From positions 62,079-126,078 of the forward strand of contig JBHLRS010000006.1 in the NCBI GenBank assembly GCA_048882325.1: a stretch of 64,000 bases of DNA, in the 5' to 3' direction. Below are positions 9,719 through 17,806 of this stretch, in pieces (position 1 is the stretch's first letter; each line of letters opens with the position of its first letter). A program made the position numbers and the translations under genes. Origin of the DNA: Candidatus Thorarchaeota archaeon (GTDB lineage Archaea > Asgardarchaeota > Thorarchaeia > Thorarchaeales > Thorarchaeaceae). The notes below the pieces were generated by a model, which saw only the letters and a program-made list of their open reading frames with translations, ran no database searches and had not been told where the DNA came from.

Positions 9719-10786
9719 ATGACCGCAGAACTGGATCAAGATAGAGCTGGTGACACCGACATCTCAAATCCGTTCTTCTCAAAAAGGGAGAAAGAGTTTC
9801 GGAGATGGGCTAGAGAAAATCCTCATCTAGTCTATGAAGCTCACCCTGACTCTCTACAGGAAGGATTCGAGTATTTCTTCACAACACGAGCGGATAAACT
9901 GCCAGCGGAGCGGCCCTCAGTGAGACGGATTGGAATGTTTCAAGAGAGAGGTTTGCCAAAACGTGCTATTCCTTCAATTATGCGGACCTTCTTCAATATC
10001 ATGAGAGGAATAAACGCCAGCTGGAATGAAACCAACAAGTACCTTGACCATCTGGAACACCAACCGTTCGAGCCCCAACCTGAGCTCTGGTCTGAACTCA
10101 GTGAGTGGGTGGGAACAAGATGGGATGATGTCATTCTCGGTTTTACTGAACTTCCCTCTCAGATGATTTTCAAAGGCAAATCGACTCTCTTTAAGTATGC
10201 AATTGTCGTTGGACAGGAGATGAAGAAGGACAAGATTGACTACGCACCTGACTATAGGGCTGGAAAAGAAGTGATGCGAGTTTATGGAAGCCTGGGATTG
10301 GTTGTGAATGACATTGCAAAGTGGCTTAGGAAAAAGGGTGTTCGTTGCCAGAGCAACCATCCTTTAGGAGGTCTAACAAATACCACAACACTGGCTGGAA
10401 AGGCTGGGATGGGTTGGCAAGGAATGAATGGACTCCTTATCACACCCAAATTTGGCCAACGTATTCGTTTGGCTCCTGTCTTTGTGGAACACAAATACTT
10501 CGAGTACACAGACAACAGAGATCACGATTGGATTGAGAACTACTGCAAGCTCTGCAGACGATGTGAGAAAGAATGCCCTCAACAAGCGATTTACAGTGAG
10601 AAGATAGTGAGAATGGTCGATGTACCCGGCATTGGGCAGTGGAAAACATGCATCGATCGTGACAAGTGTTTCGACTTCTTCTGGAAAACACTAGGCTGCT
10701 CTGTATGTGTGAAGGTGTGTCCCTTCTCCAAATCCGAGGCTGCTTACGACAGATTGAAGGCTGTTGGTGAGAAGAATAGGACCTGA
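9719..10786 (+). CDS. Cobalamin/2x[4Fe-4S] protein of the epoxyqueuosine reductase / reductive dehalogenase superfamily
   Basis: AGKAGMGWQGMNGLLITPKFGQRIRL, CKLCRRCEKECP and C..GCSVCVKVCPF. Confidence 0.8.
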   Translation: MTAELDQDRAGDTDISNPFFSKREKEFRRWARENPHLVYEAHPDSLQEGFEYFFTTRADKLPAERPSVRRIGMFQERGLPKRAIPSIMRTFFNIMRGINASWNETNKYLDHLEHQPFEPQPELWSELSEWVGTRWDDVILGFTELPSQMIFKGKSTLFKYAIVVGQEMKKDKIDYAPDYRAGKEVMRVYGSLGLVVNDIAKWLRKKGVRCQSNHPLGGLTNTTTLAGKAGMGWQGMNGLLITPKFGQRIRLAPVFVEHKYFEYTDNRDHDWIENYCKLCRRCEKECPQQAIYSEKIVRMVDVPGIGQWKTCIDRDKCFDFFWKTLGCSVCVKVCPFSKSEAAYDRLKAVGEKNRT

Positions 10787-10850
10787 TAATACTCTGTCTT
10801 AAAGCGCGAGTCGTTCTAAGGCACTCACCGACCTAGTGCGGATTAGAATA

Positions 10851-11627
10851 ATGAAGGGAAACGATCCAATGCACGAGCGACTTCACTCAGAACTTTACGC
10901 ATCTATTGCTACGCTTGACCAGCTGAAGAAACTCTACGATCTTGGTGCAGTGGATATTCGGTCCTACCAACGCGAGTCACAAGCGCTTCTCAACGATGTT
11001 CGTTCACAGATTGAGAATATGCGTCGTCTGGGTCTTGATATTGGACGATTTGTGTCTAGTGAACGTATTATCGAGGTCTTTCCGGAAGCATCGACGCTCC
11101 TGCGACTTGGCAACCTTGCACCACGAAGTACTCCTCAAGGGATGACTATGGACCAATTCTATGACTATGTTGGATTGGCAATACTTGATGTTGCCACAGA
11201 GCACTCATCACAGGGACTCATGGGGCTCGCTGAACTTATTGTCGAGGTTGTACGCCGCCTGCCCGAACTTGAATCAGTGACATACAATGATGTCATTGAG
11301 GCTGTGAACCGAGTTGCCGACAACGGACTTATCCCTGGAATTCGGACTCTCCGTGGTGGTGTGAAAGTTGTAGAACTGAGGCCGCTTGAACTCCGACGCG
11401 ACCAGGCTGATGTGATCAATCTAGCTGCTAGCAAAGGGTATGTGTCAGTGGAGGAAGTCATTATGCAACTCAAGTGGTCAGAAGATCATGCCCGACAAGT
11501 CTTATCGAGCTTGGTCGATGCTGGAATGGCTGTCGCAGACATTCGCTTTTCAACGGGTGGTCGATACTATTTCCCTGGTCTAAGAGCACGCGATACTTCG
11601 GATCCTCGAGGAACTAGTGCATATTGA
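10851..11627 (+). CDS. ESCRT-II Vps22/Vps36 (EAP30)-like protein with N-terminal Vps28-N-like helical domain
   Basis: C-terminal part matches the Vps22 pattern (FYDYVGLAILDV; PLELRRDQADVINLAASKGYVSVEEV..QLKWSEDHARQVL..L...G.A..D....RYYFPGL). N-terminus ELYASIATLDQLKKLY..G.V....Y......LL resembles Vps28-N. Start uncertain (10836/10851/10869). Confidence 0.8.
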   Translation: MKGNDPMHERLHSELYASIATLDQLKKLYDLGAVDIRSYQRESQALLNDVRSQIENMRRLGLDIGRFVSSERIIEVFPEASTLLRLGNLAPRSTPQGMTMDQFYDYVGLAILDVATEHSSQGLMGLAELIVEVVRRLPELESVTYNDVIEAVNRVADNGLIPGIRTLRGGVKVVELRPLELRRDQADVINLAASKGYVSVEEVIMQLKWSEDHARQVLSSLVDAGMAVADIRFSTGGRYYFPGLRARDTSDPRGTSAY

Positions 11628-11629
11628 TT

Positions 11630-12364
11630 CTATGTGGAAACGATAATTGCACCTCGTTTCTCATCAATCCATTCTGCTAATCCTTTCTTCACCATGATTG
11701 CCAGAACTATGTGAATATCCCTCTCTGGGAGAGTAGCAAAGTCTTCATCAACTTCTTGGATGACTATTGACTTCACATCAAGTCTAAGTTTTCCTGTCTT
11801 CAAAGCCCAATGGTATAGAATATCTGCCCAATCCTCAAGTGGTTTCCAGTAAACTCTCAGCTGTCGTTTCTTTTTATCAACCCACTCAGCAACCTCTTTG
11901 TCCACAAGGACTGCCGCAATTTCCTTGAACGAATCGACTTTGTTCCTTAAATCCTTGAAAGGGGGCTCACTTATGAATGTCGCCAGAGATATAATGTGCA
12001 CCTTCTTGTCCTCAGTCCACTCTAAGAGATAGTCTGACCATTCACCCGCCCAGAGTTCCCTGTCTTCTTCTCTAGTAGGCGTTCCATACATCCACTCAGT
12101 TTCTTCAACATCTCCCCAACTGGGCATGATAAAACCAGAATCAGTGGTCAGGGTTTCCATTACTTCTTCAGTCGCACTCTCAGTCTGTTCTTCTTGTTCT
12201 TCTGTTACTACAGGTTCAGTGACCTCAACAACAACTTCTGGACTATGGATTTCTTCTTGCACTCTTGTTTTTTCAACAGAAGGAACCTCAACTTGCTCTT
12301 GTTCTACTGCCTCGGCTTTTTCCTTGGTCTTAGGTTTCTCTCGTTTTTTTTCTCTGACACCCAA
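11630..12364 (-). CDS. vps25: ESCRT-II Vps25-like protein with acidic N-terminal extension
   Basis: WSDYLLEW; AEWVDKKKRQLRVYWKPLEDWADILYHW (Vps25 tandem winged-helix signature); directly downstream of vps4. Confidence 0.85.
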   Translation of the reverse strand: MGVREKKREKPKTKEKAEAVEQEQVEVPSVEKTRVQEEIHSPEVVVEVTEPVVTEEQEEQTESATEEVMETLTTDSGFIMPSWGDVEETEWMYGTPTREEDRELWAGEWSDYLLEWTEDKKVHIISLATFISEPPFKDLRNKVDSFKEIAAVLVDKEVAEWVDKKKRQLRVYWKPLEDWADILYHWALKTGKLRLDVKSIVIQEVDEDFATLPERDIHIVLAIMVKKGLAEWIDEKRGAIIVST

Positions 12365-12367
12365 TCT

Positions 12368-13576
12368 TTAGGAACCCTCCGCCCAGTCAATGTATCTCTT
12401 GACATCCTCTGGAGGGGTTGCAGGTCGAATGTTTTCTATTGCATGCAGGAAATCATCCCTGGATACGGGACGGATGTCGAGTATCTCCTGCTCATCATCC
12501 ATTCTACCAGTCCGTTGCAAATCCCTGATTGGTTCCATTGCCGCCTCACGACACACGACACTAATGTCTCTCCCACTGTATCCTTCAGTAAGGTCAGCGA
12601 GCTCCTCATATTCTACAGTGGGTGAGACCTCGATGTCTTCGATATGAATCTCGAAGATTTTCGCACGGGCTTCTCTGTCGGGAAGTGGAACATGTATCTT
12701 CTTTTCAAACCTCGACCGTAATGCAAAGTCCAACTCCCACGGCAGGTTTGTTGCACCGATGAGCGTTACCCGGTCATCCTCATTACTCGCCAGTCCTTGA
12801 AGTTCAGTTAGTAACTGCGTCTTCAGTCGTCTCTCTCCACCAACATCATCCCCTGATCTTGACACCCCAATTGAATCCAACTCATCAATGAAAATTATTG
12901 CAGGTTGGTTCTTCCTCGCAAGTTCAAAGAGGTTCATGACGAGTCGTTCAGATTCACCAAGCCACTTGCTCACAATATTTGCAGCTGAAACATTGAAGAA
13001 TGTGGCATTGACCTCAGAGGCTACTGCTTTCGCTATCAAAGTTTTTCCGCATCCCGCTGGCCCATAGAATAGGATTCCCCTCCATGGTTGTCTCGCCTTG
13101 CCTATGAATAATTCCGGATGCTTCATGGGTGCTAGAATCGCGTCTTCAATTGCTTGTTTTGCATCTGCTAGCCCGGCTACTTCTGACATCTTGATACTCG
13201 GACGTTCTGTGATTATTGTATCAGAAATCATCTCTCTGAGTCGTTTCTCTTCCTCATCAAGCTCCGGTTCAGCACGTGTGGTTGGCACTGGTTCTGCAGT
13301 ACTTTCATCAACCTTAGGTGGGGCAACAAGACCGTCAACTGGGCCATGCGATTTCTTCTTTATACCTGAGAGATATCTGACCCTGTCTACGCATTCTTGA
13401 GCTCGGTCAAAGTAGTGCTTTTTGATTGAAGGCAATGACGCAGAGTTTGACAGTTTGATGAGGATCTTACTAGCCTTGAGATACTCCTGGCAAGCCTCCT
13501 TCTTCATCCCCTTATTGTCCAATTCTATTGCTTTGGCAAGTAGTGCTTTCAGCCCGTGGTCTACTCGATCCGCCAT
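12368..13576 (-). CDS. vps4: Vps4 AAA ATPase (MIT + AAA)
   Basis: MIT (KAIELDNKG...ACQEYLKA), PWRGILFYGPAGCGKT, SKWLGESE pore loop, IFIDELD, GATNLPWELD, C-terminal helix. Confidence 0.92.
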   Translation of the reverse strand: MADRVDHGLKALLAKAIELDNKGMKKEACQEYLKASKILIKLSNSASLPSIKKHYFDRAQECVDRVRYLSGIKKKSHGPVDGLVAPPKVDESTAEPVPTTRAEPELDEEEKRLREMISDTIITERPSIKMSEVAGLADAKQAIEDAILAPMKHPELFIGKARQPWRGILFYGPAGCGKTLIAKAVASEVNATFFNVSAANIVSKWLGESERLVMNLFELARKNQPAIIFIDELDSIGVSRSGDDVGGERRLKTQLLTELQGLASNEDDRVTLIGATNLPWELDFALRSRFEKKIHVPLPDREARAKIFEIHIEDIEVSPTVEYEELADLTEGYSGRDISVVCREAAMEPIRDLQRTGRMDDEQEILDIRPVSRDDFLHAIENIRPATPPEDVKRYIDWAEGS

Positions 13577-13698
13577 GTGAGTTCATGTGAACTCTGCCTA
13601 TATGGTGTTAAGAATTTCTGTCACACCCGGTACATACACACACTATACAAACAAGTTGACGTCAATACTCTTTTCAGTCGTATGCGCATTGTTAAGCT

Positions 13699-13971
13699 GT
13701 GACAGATACAACTAATCACTATCCTGTCGACATGATGGAATGGCGAGACTGGATCAAGAAGAATCTGGGTTATACAACAGAACAGGGAATCGAGTTTGTT
13801 CGAGCTGGCACTTTTCCGGTATCGGAGCTTGTAGCGGTTTGGCGACAAGAATTCACTGTAGAGAAAGGGTATGTTGCTGATTTCATCCCGGCCTTAGAAC
13901 GTAATAAGATGGGCTTCTTGCGTTGGATATATGCTGACGGAGCTGAGCCTTTTTGGAAAGAATCTGATTGA
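13699..13971 (+). CDS. Hypothetical 90-aa Trp-rich protein within the ESCRT locus
   Basis: Protein-like ORF filling the vps4/ESCRT-III gap; no recognised motif. Confidence 0.6.
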   Translation: MTDTTNHYPVDMMEWRDWIKKNLGYTTEQGIEFVRAGTFPVSELVAVWRQEFTVEKGYVADFIPALERNKMGFLRWIYADGAEPFWKESD

Positions 13972-14054
13972 ATTAGTTGATATCTTCTGTTAACTACGAA
14001 GGTTTAAACGCTATCCTCCCATTGATTGACCTGAGTTAACACACATAGAGTAAG

Positions 14055-14672
14055 GTGAGATTCTTGAGTCCAATTAGAAAGGCATTCTCCTGGGGAAGAA
14101 AGAAACCAGATATTGGTGAGATATCCAGCCGTCTAAGGATTCTATCTAAACAACTAGCACGCCAGAGGAACAAGTTGGAAAAGGAGGAACGAGATACAAA
14201 GGCACGTGCAGTTCGCGCAAGAAAGGCTGGACAGACTGAGGCGTACCGAACATATGCAACAGAAATGGTACGGTTCCGTAGATATGCTCTCGCGGTTGAT
14301 AAATCACGGTTACAAATTCTGAAAATTCTGGCTCACCTGAATCGCGCTCAGACATCCGCAAAAACCACTATAGCACTCCAAGAAGTTGCCAAGATATTAG
14401 GGATGCTTGGTGATGGCACTGATGCTTCAAAGGTTGTTGCAAATGTCGATGAGATTGCTCGACGCCTTGAAGAGTTTGAGATTGAAGCAAGTATATCTGA
14501 CGAAGCTCTCGATTCAACGATGGAAGTGAGTTCAGAAGACCTTACATTTGCCTTTCAGGAAATTGATGCTGAAGCTGGGCTCGCAGATACACCAACTGCT
14601 GCAAGACCTGCTAGCGAGGCTGAAACCCTAGAGGAAGATATCAAAGCGCTAGAACGGGAATTGGGAGTATAA
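14055..14672 (+). CDS. ESCRT-III (Snf7 family, Vps2/24/46-like) subunit
   Basis: N-terminal amphipathic segment, basic helical hairpin (RQRNKLEKEE..KARAVRARKAGQ.EAYRTYATEMVRFR), acidic C-half, MIM1-like tail LEEDIKALEREL; next to vps4. Confidence 0.88.
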   Translation: MRFLSPIRKAFSWGRKKPDIGEISSRLRILSKQLARQRNKLEKEERDTKARAVRARKAGQTEAYRTYATEMVRFRRYALAVDKSRLQILKILAHLNRAQTSAKTTIALQEVAKILGMLGDGTDASKVVANVDEIARRLEEFEIEASISDEALDSTMEVSSEDLTFAFQEIDAEAGLADTPTAARPASEAETLEEDIKALERELGV

Positions 14673-14674
14673 TA

Positions 14675-16234
14675 TTACCAGAGCTGGTCTCGACTCTCTC
14701 TTGTTGCCCGTTCCATCTCACGCATGTTGTGATACGAATCTCTCATCAGATCTCTATATCGCCTGATGAAGTCCTCAGCAACAAGCTGACCACTGCGTAG
14801 CATGTGTACTGTATCCCGAATAGCAGTTTCAATTGACGCAGCATCTCTTCTCAGTGAGTGCATTCTTGGACTCATATCATAAGTGTGACTTGTACTCGGT
14901 CTCCTATCATATTGTCCAATAACTCGATCGAGCTCCTCTCGGAATGACTCTGGTTTTTGGTAGTAGCTATCGTATGGGTATCGCCGAATTGGTGGTGAAT
15001 CCAAATCACTGGAACGATGTCTTGGACCTGGTCGCATCAAAGGCATATCCTCACTATACTGTGACCTGTCATTTGTCGAGAGAAGTGAGTAAACCATTCC
15101 CTCAATCTTCAGTCGAACATCACTAGTGCCGATATCAGTTTGTTCGATTTTCCTGACTCTCTGCATATCTGTTTGGATGTATTTGTCAAATTTTCTTGCA
15201 ATCTCGATATAATCAGGTAGGACTCTCTTTGTTTGGTCTGAGCATGTTGCTTTAATCTCGCCTTGTTTCAACTTCAACACAAGCCGTTTTCTTAGCCTAC
15301 CGTCTTCCTCAATGGACTTTAGATAGAGGAGGGGAAAATCGAATACCGTTTCCATCTTCTTGCGAACCCTGCCGGTTTCAGCAATGAAGAGGAGTCTCTT
15401 GTTCGTAATGTACAGAGTCCCAAACGCCTTGTCATTTTTCAGAAAATCACTCCCTGCTATCTTAACCTCTGGGAGTGCACAGACAGGAAGCTCACCTACT
15501 GCGAGTTGACCGTGCTCGTAGAATGTGGTGAATTGTCCCTTGTAATAATCAAGACCATCAAGCTGTCGCCTCACATCCTTTAGTGTTCCTCTGAGGGGTT
15601 CAAGTGCCTCGTCAACATTCTGTTTGTAGTAGATCCCCATTTCTGTAATTCTGTTTGTTATCCCCTCAACGAATGGAAATTGTGCTGGTTTCCATTGTGT
15701 ATAATCTATGAAATCCTTTGTTTCTGCAGCCATGCGTTTTGCTATGATTTCAGCTTGACTTGAAATCCTATTCTTGATTGCTGGTAGCTCATTTTGAATT
15801 CCTTCAATCTTCTCCTCTATCCACTTGTAATGCAGAAAATTAGCCATCCTGAGGGACACAAGTAATCTCTTCGCGCTAGACAGTTTGTTCGTGAACTCTC
15901 TGAGTTTTGTATGACCATATTGGATGGTCATAATGGCATGTCGCATATCAAGGGCCAAGGTTCTTCTTCTATCTTCAAGGAGCACAACTCTCGATGAATG
16001 GCATCTTGAACAGATGTCCACAGTCTTTCTTCCTTTGCTCAGTTCCTCTGATTCACACTGAGGACATTTTTCAAATTTCTCGCCCGGCATTGGAGTACCA
16101 AGAATGTGGTGACATTCGCTGCAAACGGTGTATTCACTAGACCTAGATTCAAGACATCCTGAACACAGTGCAGCACCACAATCTTCGCACATATGAGTAG
16201 GCCTTTCAGTCTGACAGGATCTGCATTGTCCCAT
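14675..16234 (-). CDS. Zn-finger / coiled-coil / GRAM(PH)-like protein with C-terminal Vps23/37-like steadiness box (putative ESCRT-I scaffold)
   Basis: Six CxxC pairs; long heptad helices; FGTLYITNKRLLF..FPL..LKSIE (GRAM/GLUE-like); Pro/Arg/Ser linker; IETAIRDTVHMLRSGQLVAEDFIRRYRDLMR (steadiness-box-like). ATG 16234 preferred over TTG 16252. Confidence 0.65.
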   Translation of the reverse strand: MGQCRSCQTERPTHMCEDCGAALCSGCLESRSSEYTVCSECHHILGTPMPGEKFEKCPQCESEELSKGRKTVDICSRCHSSRVVLLEDRRRTLALDMRHAIMTIQYGHTKLREFTNKLSSAKRLLVSLRMANFLHYKWIEEKIEGIQNELPAIKNRISSQAEIIAKRMAAETKDFIDYTQWKPAQFPFVEGITNRITEMGIYYKQNVDEALEPLRGTLKDVRRQLDGLDYYKGQFTTFYEHGQLAVGELPVCALPEVKIAGSDFLKNDKAFGTLYITNKRLLFIAETGRVRKKMETVFDFPLLYLKSIEEDGRLRKRLVLKLKQGEIKATCSDQTKRVLPDYIEIARKFDKYIQTDMQRVRKIEQTDIGTSDVRLKIEGMVYSLLSTNDRSQYSEDMPLMRPGPRHRSSDLDSPPIRRYPYDSYYQKPESFREELDRVIGQYDRRPSTSHTYDMSPRMHSLRRDAASIETAIRDTVHMLRSGQLVAEDFIRRYRDLMRDSYHNMREMERATRESRDQLW

Positions 16235-16419
16235 TAGTGAATCTTTTGTCAAATGAGTACCTCCGGTCGTCTATTTACATCGAGGAGTTATCCAAGAATA
16301 ACCCGTGTATTATTCGGGAAACATTGGAGTATCCCTCTTCAAATGTTCAGAAAGTATGTTCAAGCCATATCAGTTATAACCGGCTTGATAGGCTGGAGCT
16401 TAAATCAAAGGGGATTTTC

Positions 16420-17805
16420 ATGGAAGATCTTGCTCAGGCAGCTATTGACACAGCTTTAACGACTGGAGTCAGCTTTGTAGACGTACGAATTGAGAACTCT
16501 ACAACAACGATAATTGAGCTGAATGATGGTATCACCAGACAATCAATGGCCTCAAGAATGAAAGGTGCTGGGATTCGCGCATTCATTGATGGTGCCTGGG
16601 CTTTCGCACAAACTACTAATCTTACTGCTGGTGGCATGCAAGCAACTGGTGAATCAGTAGCTAAGCTTGCTCTTGCTACCTGTGAAAACGTCGAAGAGAA
16701 GTTCACAATAGACGGACCGGTGTTTAATGACCGGGTTAAACTGAATGTAAAGAAACCCTTTGACAGTATTTCAATAGATGAAAAGATGCAATTTGTGCAG
16801 ATGATTGATGATCAAGCACGCGATTATGATGATCGAATCGTTGCGACACGAACAATCTATGGTGAACTGACATCCGAAATTTACGTAGCCAACTCACTGG
16901 GAACACATGTATATCTCCAGAATGCTATTCCTAGAATCATCACAGTCCCAACAGCCAAAGAAGGTCCTAATCGGCAACGCATTCAACAGTCAATTAGCCT
17001 TCGCAGTGGATTCGAAGAAATGGAAACTGAGGAAGCTCAGAATATTGGTACAAAAGCTGCAAAACTCGCTATTGACCTGCTTTCGTCCAAGACCACAAAG
17101 GGCGGAATCTATGATGTCGTGATTGATCCAGCACTAAATGGTGTTGTGACTCACGAAGCTTTTGGCCATGCAGCAGAAGCTGACAACTGGCCAGCCCATT
17201 CGACTGTCTTAGAAGATAAGATTAACGAAGAGGTTGGGCCCGATTATCTCAGCATCAGTGATGACCCAACACTGGCAGGTATGCGAGGATCAACAGAATA
17301 TGACTGGGAGGGCACGAAGACAAAGAAACGATTCCTTGTGAAGGATGGAATTCTGACTGACCTTCTTCACAGTCTGGAAACTGCTAGTAGGCTAGAATTA
17401 GAAGCAAACGGAGCTGCACGAGCTCAATCATTCATGCACCCACCACAACCCCGAATGAGCAACACCTTCATGGAACCAAAAGACTGGGATATGGAGGAAC
17501 TAATAGAGGATACAAAATCAGGAATTCTTCTTTGCAGTTTTAACTATGGGTATACTCAATCAGCCAAAGGACAATTCATGTTTCAGGCAAGTCATGGATA
17601 TATGATTGAAGATGGTGAGCGAGGAACGATGGTTCGAGATGTGTCACTTGCGGGAAATATACTCGAGATTCTGTCTAAAGTCGATGCAATAGGTAAAGAC
17701 TTCGAGTTGGAGGCTGGAACCTGCGGAAAAGATGGCCAAAGTGTCCCAACGATGACCGGAGGTCCTCATGCAAGAATCCGACAGGTACCTGTGGGAGGTG
17801 TCTGA
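16420..17805 (+). CDS. tldD: TldD family metalloprotease
   Basis: HEAFGHAAEAD, RAQSF..P.PRMSNT, GTCGKDGQSVP; start moved from 16237 to MEDLAQ. Confidence 0.92.
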   Translation: MEDLAQAAIDTALTTGVSFVDVRIENSTTTIIELNDGITRQSMASRMKGAGIRAFIDGAWAFAQTTNLTAGGMQATGESVAKLALATCENVEEKFTIDGPVFNDRVKLNVKKPFDSISIDEKMQFVQMIDDQARDYDDRIVATRTIYGELTSEIYVANSLGTHVYLQNAIPRIITVPTAKEGPNRQRIQQSISLRSGFEEMETEEAQNIGTKAAKLAIDLLSSKTTKGGIYDVVIDPALNGVVTHEAFGHAAEADNWPAHSTVLEDKINEEVGPDYLSISDDPTLAGMRGSTEYDWEGTKTKKRFLVKDGILTDLLHSLETASRLELEANGAARAQSFMHPPQPRMSNTFMEPKDWDMEELIEDTKSGILLCSFNYGYTQSAKGQFMFQASHGYMIEDGERGTMVRDVSLAGNILEILSKVDAIGKDFELEAGTCGKDGQSVPTMTGGPHARIRQVPVGGV

Positions 17806-17806
17806 G

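Noticed and set aside
12368-13576. Cdc48/PAN or katanin assignment
   Set aside because: A single AAA domain with MIT and the ESCRT context fit Vps4.
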